This document shows positions 35,301 through 43,400 of a stretch of DNA of 64,000 nt, piece by piece. The stretch comes from Myxococcota bacterium (GTDB lineage Bacteria > Myxococcota > B64-G9), in contig DATKYQ010000040.1 in assembly GCA_035528415.1 (NCBI GenBank), positions 28,296-92,295 on the forward strand, written 5' to 3'. The position numbers and the translations under genes were made by a program. The number at the start of each line of letters is the position of its first letter. Position 1 is the first letter of the stretch. Below the pieces are notes generated by a model that did not search any database, was not told the origin of the DNA, and saw only the letters and a list, made by a program, of their open reading frames with translations.

Positions 35301-36940
35301 GTGCTGGAAAGGCGAATCCGGGCCTGTTGGCCGGGGCTGAACAACAGTTGCCGCGGTTCCAGCGCCAGGCGGAACTTGGCCCGGGTGACGCGTACCGAAC
35401 CGTGGCCGCTGACCGCCTGGTTGGAGGCGTCAGTGACGATCGCCTCGATGCCGTAGGTGTAGTCAAGGCTCTCGGGCAAAGTCTCGAAGTCGAACTCGAA
35501 GCGGCCGTCCTTGTCCAGCCGGCCTTCCTTCTCGATGATGGTTTCGCGGATGGTGCTCTGGTACTCGGCGTCGGAGTAGTACCAGGAATAGTCCGCATCG
35601 ATCCACCAGGGAATGTAGAAACGGGTCCGGAAGACGCTCAGCTTGACCTTGGCGCGCGGTACGGGCGGACCGAAGTAATAATTGGCCGTAACCCGCGCGG
35701 ACACTTTTTCTCCGCTCTTGTAGGCCTTCCTGGGCGTCGACAGCTTCACCCGGTACTCCGGCTTGCGGTATGCCTTTACCTTGAATTCTCCGCCGTACTC
35801 CTTGCCGCCGACCTCGGAGATCAATTGGTAAGTGCCCTTAGCGGCGTTATCGAAAATATCGAAGCGACCGTCGAAGGAACCGCTTTTTCCGATCGCCAGG
35901 CTGTCGGTATAGATCTCCTGTCCGTTCGGGTCGCGCACGCTGACCGTGGCTAGTTTCAGGCCGGGATCGATCCGGTAGCGCTCATCCACGTAGTCGCGGA
36001 CGACTCCCTTGAAGAAGACCGCCTGGCCCGGTCGATAGACCGGCCGCTCAGTGGTCAGATAAACCTTGCGCCCAAAAAGGCCGGCGGGATGGTAGGTTGG
36101 ATCGGCCAGCGCGAAATCCCGGCCGCGAGTTACTAAAACAACCAGGGAGCGTTCCAGGGGGATGTCTTTCGACCATAAGCCGTCCGAGCCTGTTTTGCCC
36201 CGGCCGATTTCGTTGTCGCCGTTGTTGACGACGATCGCCGCGTCCTCGACGGGAGAGCCCAGGTCGGGATCGACGGCGTAGACCAGGATCTTGTCCGGGC
36301 TTTGCCGGGTAAGAACGATCATTCTGGAGATGATCACCATGGTGTAACCAATCTCGTTGCCGTGGATGCCCTGGACCAGATAGACGCCTGGTTCATGTGT
36401 ATTGATTTTCACGTCCAGGTAGGCCCATTCGGGTGAACCCGGCGGGATCTCCTCGCGCCAGCTGTCTGCCAGATCGAGATCCTTAATGAAAGGCACCACG
36501 GTCGTCATCGCCGACGCGGGAGCGATGGATTCTTGCAAATCTTGCAGCTGCCCGCCGAAGGCATCCCGGCCGGCCGCACGGGCCTTGTCTGAAAATCCCT
36601 CCCGCATTTGCCGTATGCCTGCCTGCAACCCGTCGCGCCACAGGCCCCCGAGTACGTCCAGGCTGTTCATGCGCGCGGGGGCGTTTTTCATCTCGATCCG
36701 GTGCAGGTTGTCCTGGTGGCCGAAGAACTTCAGCGGATCGGTCACGCGGTAGAGCCGGAAGTCCACGTAGGGCAGGCTCCTGGCCTCCAGGCGCACGTGA
36801 ATATCGCTCTCTTCGGGCGAGAATACCCGTTCGGTTGAGAGGTAGAATCTCGGCTGCAGTGCGCCGGCCGCGCTCGACATACCTAACAAGGCGACCAAGA
36901 CGGCTGCCACTTGGCACGGGATAATGACTTTTTTTCTCAT
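32336..36940 (-). CDS. Bacterial alpha-2-macroglobulin family protein (YfaS-size, 1534 aa) with CxEQ thioester motif
   Basis: Start ATG 36940 (MRKKVIIPCQVAAVLVALLGMSSAAG), in an ATGA overlap with the upstream stop. Thioester-region signature LAGYPYGCTEQTMNRFLP is encoded at 33743..33757. Length and MG-domain-like repetitive beta architecture fit the family. Confidence 0.9.
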   Translation of the reverse strand: MRKKVIIPCQVAAVLVALLGMSSAAGALQPRFYLSTERVFSPEESDIHVRLEARSLPYVDFRLYRVTDPLKFFGHQDNLHRIEMKNAPARMNSLDVLGGLWRDGLQAGIRQMREGFSDKARAAGRDAFGGQLQDLQESIAPASAMTTVVPFIKDLDLADSWREEIPPGSPEWAYLDVKINTHEPGVYLVQGIHGNEIGYTMVIISRMIVLTRQSPDKILVYAVDPDLGSPVEDAAIVVNNGDNEIGRGKTGSDGLWSKDIPLERSLVVLVTRGRDFALADPTYHPAGLFGRKVYLTTERPVYRPGQAVFFKGVVRDYVDERYRIDPGLKLATVSVRDPNGQEIYTDSLAIGKSGSFDGRFDIFDNAAKGTYQLISEVGGKEYGGEFKVKAYRKPEYRVKLSTPRKAYKSGEKVSARVTANYYFGPPVPRAKVKLSVFRTRFYIPWWIDADYSWYYSDAEYQSTIRETIIEKEGRLDKDGRFEFDFETLPESLDYTYGIEAIVTDASNQAVSGHGSVRVTRAKFRLALEPRQLLFSPGQQARIRLSSTDYDKNPVAADVDVEVTATLGAEPSKATSERILSRRISTGPKGENVILFTPAKGGSYKVTAKAADAQGQRVECSTTLYVTSNGGDIPYSPDELRIIADRRSYGIGDKARFLVLTPHADANLLFTVEGGRLYRAEAAPARGFSRVFEVKIAEAQTPNFTVRLATVFDHTLYERRLDVVVPPRRKLLSVAVHAERQFAEPGDEIGFEVRVTDNLGHPVAGAEVALGIVDEAIYGISPELAVPISQFFYHRKRNNVRALCSADFRFYGYGQDSRDRMAALTLRSPVVPGSFKNLAANQVRRDFKDTLAWYPHLVTNAEGKARTKLKAPDNLTTWRASARVITADTRVGQGAGKMQVTKPVVARLAAPTFLVEHDLATIGVLVHNYTDKTRTFTTSLQTDGHKLRISGEPVKLEVKPRGVGLASFQAQAQESGTAVLRASAVSDGASDSLERKIPLRPYGMQQHLLAGGTLDDQTPETSITLTVPDAARPKSASTTVTLSSGIAPALLDSLRYLAGYPYGCTEQTMNRFLPDLVVARALQELGMKNKRLEDELPRFIHAGLAHLGQLQHQDGGWGWWSDDSTDAFMTAYVVSGLALAKSLKWPVDADMLDRGTNRLKALVKSPQLNANQRSYLLYSLALAGVKYGSMVEKVAGDKNLSVYGQALSAMALLEMGKQESAVALTGRIDLAVNKSANGAWWGDDRGGPGWESDPVETTAAALRALVTLKPGSLNIGQAVRWLMSVRQGDRWHSTRDTAMVVFSLVDYLKKQGAAEYLARVDLVLNDQQRAKKDFGPEDVFKPSVTLLRDAPARIGKNLVHISRQGKGVLFYNVAINYFGRQEQITAQGERLRIRRSMFALDKTLVGESWRFRTKPLAGKASPGDELLVVLEIAAAQNTDYVMIEDPLPAGVQPIESDHGYALPGYELRQPGLHREISDQHVAFFISRLKKGRRKIAYLVRAAVPGVFRVMPARVLPMYDPQFGGNSASGIVQIED

Positions 36941-38013
36941 TGCCTGCCTCCAGCGAGGATCTTCCAACGGTAGAAACCTTCAAAACGAGGATTGTCCGGA
37001 CGCACGCGCCAGCGATCGTCCTTGTGTGTGCGCAGGGCAGTAAGTGTCACCAAGCGCACTTCCCCAGGCTCGCTGGCAGCCAGGCGACCGGTGTGATAAA
37101 CGACCCGCGGGCCGCCCGGTCGATCGAAGCGATCGAGGAGAATCATTGAATGCATCGGCTCGGGCTGCCTGTCCGGGTCGCGGAAAAACAGCAAGTCGCC
37201 GGGAAGAGCGTCTTTTACGTCCTTGGAGACGAAAACCGTGTTGTATTCCCAAAGGGCGCGCGCGGAGGCGGCCGCGGAGAAGTCTCGCACGACGTCGCCC
37301 GGAGCTTCCGGGCGCCTCGCATTCACCCTGAAGAGTCGATCTCCGATGATAGGGACTTGCGGGTAGTTATAGCGTCGCACGTCCTCAGAAGTTGCCTGGT
37401 GCAGGTACGGCACTCCGGAAAGCCAATTCGCATCGTGCTTTCTCAGCGCTTCCTTGTAGGCGAAGCGAATCAGACCGGCGCAGTCGTGATGGATCTCGGC
37501 CCAACGCGGATCCGGTCTGTAAAACTGCGCCTCGGCGATGGCCACAAACCAAGACCTGAAGGCACGCCGGTCCATAGCGTCGTTCAACTCGAGCTGATCC
37601 GGGATACCGTCGCCGTCGCGATCGCCGCTGTGGGACACAAGCTGCAGCCTGCGCTCCGTCGTGCGACCGCCCTCGTCGATCGCCAGGATCACCTCCCCGG
37701 GGTCTCCCTCGGCGCGCAAGCCCAACTCGAGAAGGGCCGGGCCCTCGCCGCGCGACGCGCGGCCGAGAAGCTTTACCCTGTCTGCGCCCTGGACAATGGC
37801 CACGCGGATCGTTTCGGGAAAGAACGGAACCGGGCTGCCGTAGACGTTGGTTCGCGACCAGACCAACTTGGCGCCGGCGCCGGAGTTGGCCGGCAAGCTG
37901 TCTGGAAAAAGTGTCAGCCTTCTTTTCACCGGAAGCATGACGCTGGCGGCAAAGACAAACAGCATCAGCAGCGCTCCCAGTGCGAGCGCCCAGATTTCCC
38001 GAGCGCGCCTCAT
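36937..38013 (-). CDS. DUF1175 / YfaT-like protein with NlpC/P60-like Cys-His signature
   Basis: N-terminal TM or signal segment. HHDCAGLIRFAYKEAL and PGDLLFFRDPDRQPEPMHSMILL resemble the NlpC/P60 catalytic Cys and His contexts. Position immediately upstream of A2M. Confidence 0.5.
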   Translation of the reverse strand: MRRAREIWALALGALLMLFVFAASVMLPVKRRLTLFPDSLPANSGAGAKLVWSRTNVYGSPVPFFPETIRVAIVQGADRVKLLGRASRGEGPALLELGLRAEGDPGEVILAIDEGGRTTERRLQLVSHSGDRDGDGIPDQLELNDAMDRRAFRSWFVAIAEAQFYRPDPRWAEIHHDCAGLIRFAYKEALRKHDANWLSGVPYLHQATSEDVRRYNYPQVPIIGDRLFRVNARRPEAPGDVVRDFSAAASARALWEYNTVFVSKDVKDALPGDLLFFRDPDRQPEPMHSMILLDRFDRPGGPRVVYHTGRLAASEPGEVRLVTLTALRTHKDDRWRVRPDNPRFEGFYRWKILAGGRQ

Positions 38014-39671
38014 TGCAGAGGCACCAGGTTGCCCCGTGCTCCGCCCTCGGCGACGACAATGCGCCCCCCGAGGCGTCCAATCTTCCCGAGCGCTTCGAAG
38101 AAAGGAACGACGGTCTCCTCGATGTCCTCGGCGCGGAAGCGAGAAGAGTGCTTGCCCGCCGCCCGGGAGAATTTCACCAGGTCATCGAACAGCAGGCCGC
38201 AATCGGCGTAAGCCAGCAGGAAACAGTGCGTCTCGCCGGCGGACAGCTTGTCCGTAAAATCGGGCAGGTCACGGATGGATGGCTGTTGACCGATGGCCGT
38301 CGCCGCAATCTTGCGCACGGCATCACCGCTGCTCCCGATGATCAGCCAGTTTTCGACGACGGCAAAAGCCGGGGCGAAACCGTGTCCTGGCGGCGATTCA
38401 TGGACGACGACGTCGGATTTACCCACAAGCGCCTTCTTGGCCGGCGGCTGCCCGAAGGAATAGCCGAAAAGCTTTTCCATGGCGCCCTCGACGCGGGCGG
38501 AATTCTTGGTTTCGAACAGCGCTGCCACGACCGGCAGCGGTTGTTTTCCAGCGCTGTCGACGCCCACGACGATGGCCGTCATCTGTGTGGACAGGTTGAC
38601 AAGCAGATCGCGCTCGATGTCCAGCCCCGCCTGCTTCTCGAAGGCAGGTGCGTTTTTCATACGCTTGCGAGCCTCTTTCCAGATTTGGCTAAGCCGGGCA
38701 TCCGCAAGCCCTATGACGATGCGTGAGTCGAGCGGCACGAGCTTGGCCGCCCCGAACGTCTCCTTCGCCGGGACGCCCGAGTTGTTTTTTTCGCCAGGCG
38801 CCGTGATCTGCAGGCGTGCCTTCGGGCCGGAGCTGAACCTGAATGCCAATAGGTTTCCGGGCAAAACGCCCTTGAGCCAGACATGTCCGTTATCCGAAAG
38901 CGGCTCTAGGTTCAACAAGGCTACCAGGTCGCCCGCCTGTCCCTTTTCGGCCAACACTCCCGCAACCCGCTGGTCCGCAAGCAAAGCTCCCTTGGGCTTG
39001 CCGCTGGCCAGTGCAGCGGCTTCGAGCAAGTACTCCTCCGAGTTCGATGCCAGCAGCAGGTTTGCGAAAAGCAGGTAATAGATGTGCGCTCCTCCGGAGA
39101 GGGAAAGGTCGCGCAGTCGAAGGCCGAAGACCTCTCGGCTCTCGATCACCCCCTTACGCGGAGTGATTTGGTTGAGCACCTCCGCCAGCCGGTCGAGCGC
39201 CTGCACCTTCAGGTCGATCTGCTTGACAACCAGTATATCGAATCCGTCTTTGCTCCTGCGCAGCGCAAGTCCCGAGGGCGTGCCAAGCAGTTTTTCAAAC
39301 TCGAGTTTACCGAGCGGCACGGCCGAGACCGACTCGAGCCGGTGACGCAGGCCGGACAAGCGCAGCAACATACCGCTGCTAAGCGCGTCCTGGATGGGCG
39401 GAGATTTCTCCAACTCGCGGAACCAGGTCTTGCCTGCAAGCCAGGAGAGCGCAGGCTGCAGGTCGGCCGCCAGCAGAACCAGCACGCTTTCCGAAGGGAT
39501 CAACCCGGACAGGCTGCCGAAGCTGGCGCCAGGCAGCTTGGAAACGGTAGAAAGATACCCCTTCTCGACCCGTTCCGGGGCCGAGGCTGCCTTATCCTTT
39601 TTACCGCACTTGCAGGCAGAGAACGACAGGAGTGCGATGCCAACGATCAACCAGCGCCCGGACAGACGCAT
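38010..39671 (-). CDS. DUF2138 / YfaA-like lipoprotein (assignment by size and position)
   Basis: Start ATG 39671 (GGAGG upstream) gives MRLSGRWLIVGIALLSFSAC with a lipobox. 553 aa. ATGA overlap with the DUF1175-like gene. I do not recognise a specific motif. Confidence 0.4.
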   Translation of the reverse strand: MRLSGRWLIVGIALLSFSACKCGKKDKAASAPERVEKGYLSTVSKLPGASFGSLSGLIPSESVLVLLAADLQPALSWLAGKTWFRELEKSPPIQDALSSGMLLRLSGLRHRLESVSAVPLGKLEFEKLLGTPSGLALRRSKDGFDILVVKQIDLKVQALDRLAEVLNQITPRKGVIESREVFGLRLRDLSLSGGAHIYYLLFANLLLASNSEEYLLEAAALASGKPKGALLADQRVAGVLAEKGQAGDLVALLNLEPLSDNGHVWLKGVLPGNLLAFRFSSGPKARLQITAPGEKNNSGVPAKETFGAAKLVPLDSRIVIGLADARLSQIWKEARKRMKNAPAFEKQAGLDIERDLLVNLSTQMTAIVVGVDSAGKQPLPVVAALFETKNSARVEGAMEKLFGYSFGQPPAKKALVGKSDVVVHESPPGHGFAPAFAVVENWLIIGSSGDAVRKIAATAIGQQPSIRDLPDFTDKLSAGETHCFLLAYADCGLLFDDLVKFSRAAGKHSSRFRAEDIEETVVPFFEALGKIGRLGGRIVVAEGGARGNLVPLQ

Positions 39672-39811
39672 GATCACCTCCAGGGTTATAGGCGTTGCGA
39701 AGAAACGTATCAGTCGGGGTTCTTTGGTGTCAATTGACCACGTAAGGCCGGTGCGAGGCGTTGTGCTTTGGCGCTTGTTGGTCGGCTGGGTACGAGCTAG
39801 TATGGCCTGCC

Positions 39812-40105
39812 ATGGACGAGATCGAACCGGTTGAAATTCCAATCGACGGGACTTTGGATCTGCACACATTTCATCCGCGCGAGGTGAAAGATCTGGTTCC
39901 CGACTACCTGGCCGAATGCCGGCGGCTGGGGATTTTGCAGGTGCGCATCGTGCACGGCAAGGGCACCGGGGCGCTTCGGCGCACGGTCCACTCGGTCTTA
40001 GAAAAAATCCCCGAAGTCGAGTCATATAAACTGGCCGGCCCGGAAGCCGGCGCCTGGGGAGCTACTTTGGTAAGCTTGTTGCCAGTCCAGGACAGCGCAG
40101 TCTAG
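39812..40105 (+). CDS. Smr-domain protein
   Basis: [19 protein letters not shown]...[16 protein letters not shown], the Smr nuclease-domain signature. Start at [10 protein letters not shown]. Confidence 0.8.
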   Translation: MDEIEPVEIPIDGTLDLHTFHPREVKDLVPDYLAECRRLGILQVRIVHGKGTGALRRTVHSVLEKIPEVESYKLAGPEAGAWGATLVSLLPVQDSAV

Positions 40106-40151
40106 CTTCGCGTAAGAAACACTTTAGGCCGGCCGATTACCCATTTGGCCC

Positions 40152-40180
40152 TTGACAACCGTCTGATATTTCAGTAATTT
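40152..40180 (+). promoter_or_regulatory. Near-consensus sigma70-type promoter for the small Cys-containing ORF
   Basis: TTGACA (40152..40157), a 17-nt spacer, then TAATTT (40175..40180). AGGAGG RBS 5 nt before ATG 40201. Confidence 0.4.
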
Positions 40181-40200
40181 ATACCGCAACAGGAGGTTCA

Positions 40201-40449
40201 ATGGCCGTCAAGAAATCCAGCGAGTACCGATGCGACCTTGTCAATGAGACGGTAAAGATAATCCTGCGCAAAAAAAGCACGGCTGGGCTGAGAAGCACAG
40301 ATGAGTTCTTTGTGCAGTGCGACCAAGACGAGTGCCAGTACGTCGGCGAAAACAAGCCTCCTTGCCCTTTGGACTTGTCCCTATATGAAGCGGAGATCGA
40401 AGAACGAGAAGAGATGGCACGCCTGCGCCGAGAGGAATCCAGGTACTAA
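40201..40449 (+). CDS. Small hypothetical protein (82 aa) with four Cys and an acidic/basic helical tail
   Basis: Strong promoter-like and RBS signals. Cys residues at YRCD, VQCDQDECQ and PPCP. Tail EAEIEEREEMARLRREESRY. Confidence 0.55.
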   Translation: MAVKKSSEYRCDLVNETVKIILRKKSTAGLRSTDEFFVQCDQDECQYVGENKPPCPLDLSLYEAEIEEREEMARLRREESRY

Positions 40450-40558
40450 CCACTCCGGTAGGAGCTCAGATTCCTGACATGGGGTCTCAGTTTTGAGATT
40501 CGTTTTTTCGAACCGGGATGACTTGCGCCCGTTTCGCCTTCTTTCGTACAATCAAAAG

Positions 40559-42094
40559 ATGAACGACAAGATCGCATGTATTGGTTGGGTTTTGATCCTG
40601 GTTGCATCGTGCTTCTGGTTTTCCTGTTCCGGTTCGATTGGCAGCAGCGGAGATTCCGGGCAACCGGAAGACGGTGACATCCAGGACGGCGACGACGGAG
40701 GGACAGCCGGAGACCACGGCGCCGACCCGGGTGCCGATCCGGGGTCGGATCCCGGCGCGGACCCGGGTGCGGACGCCGACGTCCAGTTTGTCACCAGCCT
40801 GACCGACCACGGAGTCACCTGGACATTTTCCGCACCGGCCCGGGTGGGCCAATTCATCACCGGGGACTACTGGGTGGTGGGCCCGGTCACGGTGAGCGCC
40901 ATCGATCCACCGCCTGGCAACGGGCGCAACGGGAGCGTCAAGAATATCCCGCCCTTCCAGAGCCAGAGCGGTTTCGACGACCGCACCCCGGGCAATCGTT
41001 TCGAAGAATCCTTGATGGCGACCCCGCCGATCGCCTTGGGCCCGGGCGACAGCCTGGCCTCGTCCATCTCGGTGGCGGTGCCCGGCCAAATGGACAACTG
41101 GCTCCGGGAGGGCAACGGAGAACAATCGGACTCACCCGTCTGGAGCGTCTCGATTCTCACTTGTCTCGACGCTCCTGCCCCGGACGATGCCTTCCGGCCT
41201 TCCTATGCCGACACGTCGAACCGGATCTACCGGTTCTCCGAAGTCAACCAGGCGTTGTTGCCGCAGTTGGCCCCGCCGGTAACCGTCGAGAGCGACTATC
41301 TTCAGATGTTCGCCGATCGTTTAATCCGCCCTTGGGTGGACAACCTGTTCTACGCTTTCGACGCCCAGGTGGAGTACATGGCCATGTATGGGCGGGAGCA
41401 GGGACGGATGGCCGGGATCGTCAGTCTGTTACTCATGCTGGAATTGCCGCCTGCCCAGCAGGAGGTTCGCGAGCGACTCTTGATTGGTTATGTCCAGCAC
41501 GGAATCGATCTCTGGGGCCTGGTGCGCGAAGGGTACCCGGGTTGGTATGCCCACGGGGGACACGGTTCCGGGCGCAAGTGGCCCGTCATCCTGGCCGGGC
41601 TTCTGCTGGGCGACGCTCAAATGGCCTCGCCCAGCGTGACCTACCCCGGGGTGCAGTTCGGCGAGGACATGCACACCGCGTTCGCCGACGCGCCGCCCTG
41701 GGGCCCGGCCTGGAACGGGGCCACTGTGATTTACACCGGGCACATGGGCCTCTGGAACAACCAGCCGGTGAGCGACACCCCCGGGTGGGGACCCTACGAA
41801 CACCTGCCGCCGGATCAATGGGAGGGAGATGGAATCGGCGAGGGCTACCGGCGGTGTTGCACCTCGATTGCCTGGGTGGGCCAGGCGCTGGCCGCCCGCC
41901 TGATGAACGCCCAGACCAACTGGAACCATGATGCATTCTTTGCCTATGTTGACCGCTGGATGGACCCGACCGGGGATGATGCCTACACCCAGACCATCTT
42001 CGATATGTCCGGTCTCGACTACCGGGCGAACTTTCAGCGCCAGGGCCAGGCCTGGGACAATTTTATCAACGAAATGTGGGCGACCTACCGGTAA
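40559..42094 (+). CDS. Hypothetical secreted protein or lipoprotein with acidic DPG-repeat linker
   Basis: Start at MNDKIACIGWVLILVASCFWFSCSG. Linker GADPGADPGSDPGADPGADAD. The 430-aa globular body has no motif I recognise. Confidence 0.6.
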   Translation: MNDKIACIGWVLILVASCFWFSCSGSIGSSGDSGQPEDGDIQDGDDGGTAGDHGADPGADPGSDPGADPGADADVQFVTSLTDHGVTWTFSAPARVGQFITGDYWVVGPVTVSAIDPPPGNGRNGSVKNIPPFQSQSGFDDRTPGNRFEESLMATPPIALGPGDSLASSISVAVPGQMDNWLREGNGEQSDSPVWSVSILTCLDAPAPDDAFRPSYADTSNRIYRFSEVNQALLPQLAPPVTVESDYLQMFADRLIRPWVDNLFYAFDAQVEYMAMYGREQGRMAGIVSLLLMLELPPAQQEVRERLLIGYVQHGIDLWGLVREGYPGWYAHGGHGSGRKWPVILAGLLLGDAQMASPSVTYPGVQFGEDMHTAFADAPPWGPAWNGATVIYTGHMGLWNNQPVSDTPGWGPYEHLPPDQWEGDGIGEGYRRCCTSIAWVGQALAARLMNAQTNWNHDAFFAYVDRWMDPTGDDAYTQTIFDMSGLDYRANFQRQGQAWDNFINEMWATYR

Positions 42095-42139
42095 ACCAAG
42101 AAGGGGTGCCAGGGAAACCGGAAAGACTGGCGGCGTTGA

Positions 42140-43240
42140 TCATCTCCGGCCGGTTGCGACCGTCAGATCGTCGACCCACATGGTCTGATCGACCGGCGAG
42201 CCGTCGCCGATGTAAATCGCAATCAAGAACTGGTTGAAGGCCATGTCGGGATGCTGCCCGGTGCGCATCAGGATCTGGTTGGTGTCGATGACCAGTTCGC
42301 CGTCGTACCAGTACTGGATCACCCCGTCGGGCAGGCCGACCCCGTTGACAATCGAGTTCATAGCGAAATACGACTCGATGAAATGCCAGTCATTCTTGTA
42401 GTAGTCGCCCGGCTCGTCTTTGAACATCTGTTCGGGCGAGTCCCAAAAGCGCGCGCTGTAGTACCCGTTGCCGGTCGAAAAGCAGTCGCGCCCGTCGACG
42501 TAGCCGACCAGTCCATTACATGAGCATACCGATCTCTGCTCGCTGAACTGGTAGTCGTCGAACGAACCGTTGCAGCCGACGAAAGTGTCGTTATTGAGCA
42601 GGATGCAGTTGAGATCGTTGTTCTTTGAATCTTGCAAAGCTATGCGCACAACCCCGCCGACTTGCTCGGTGTAGGTAGTCAAGTAACTGTAGGCCGGGCC
42701 GACCCAGCGATCGTCTTTATTAGTTACGAAGTGAAATTCGTGCGGGTGGTACGAGCGGCCGGAACCGATATAGTTGGCCGAGTACTTGACCCAGTAGCTT
42801 AGATAGACTGTTTCTGATTCGGGAAATTGCCTGCGCCCGGGCGTGCCGCCGGAACAGCCTTGAGCACCTGTGACAAAGTGGCATTCGAAAGACGAAGTCG
42901 ACCCGGGAATGTGTTCGCTGGTTGAAAGGTCACCCTGGGGTCCGTCGTACCAATCACGCGAACCGAAATCGTCATCTTCGAAGTCTTCGAAGAAGAGCAC
43001 CGTCGACGGGCCGGGATCTCCACCGGGATCGGAGCCCTGGTCGGCACCCGGGTCAGCGCCCGGATCGGAGCCGGGATCAGCGCCGGGATCAGCGCTCGGA
43101 TCGCCGCTGCCGCCGTCATCAGCGTCATTATCGGCATCGTTGCTCCCGGCATCACCATCGTTGATCGAGTCTCCAATGGAGCCTTTACAGGCGCTGAGCG
43201 AAAAACAGATCACAAAACAGAATAAACCAAATGATTTCAT
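42140..43240 (-). CDS. Hypothetical lipoprotein with acidic DPG-repeat linker and beta-sandwich-like (lectin / glucanase / polysaccharide-lyase-like) body
   Basis: Lipobox SLSACKG. Linker SADPGADPGSDPGADPGADQGSDPGGDPG. The fold guess rests only on composition and the C-terminal ...MWVDDLTV style ending. Confidence 0.55.
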   Translation of the reverse strand: MKSFGLFCFVICFSLSACKGSIGDSINDGDAGSNDADNDADDGGSGDPSADPGADPGSDPGADPGADQGSDPGGDPGPSTVLFFEDFEDDDFGSRDWYDGPQGDLSTSEHIPGSTSSFECHFVTGAQGCSGGTPGRRQFPESETVYLSYWVKYSANYIGSGRSYHPHEFHFVTNKDDRWVGPAYSYLTTYTEQVGGVVRIALQDSKNNDLNCILLNNDTFVGCNGSFDDYQFSEQRSVCSCNGLVGYVDGRDCFSTGNGYYSARFWDSPEQMFKDEPGDYYKNDWHFIESYFAMNSIVNGVGLPDGVIQYWYDGELVIDTNQILMRTGQHPDMAFNQFLIAIYIGDGSPVDQTMWVDDLTVATGRR

Positions 43241-43400
43241 GTGTTATTCCGCGCTTCGAGTGGGTTTGTCCGTTGGTGGGAAAAGGTTAACATATCTGGC
43301 CATGCTTTGGCAATTGCCCCCAGCTAGATCTGCTCGTGCTGTGAAGGATGACATTCGCCTTGGGCGTGTGCCATCATGAGCACCTGAAAGGAAACAACCC

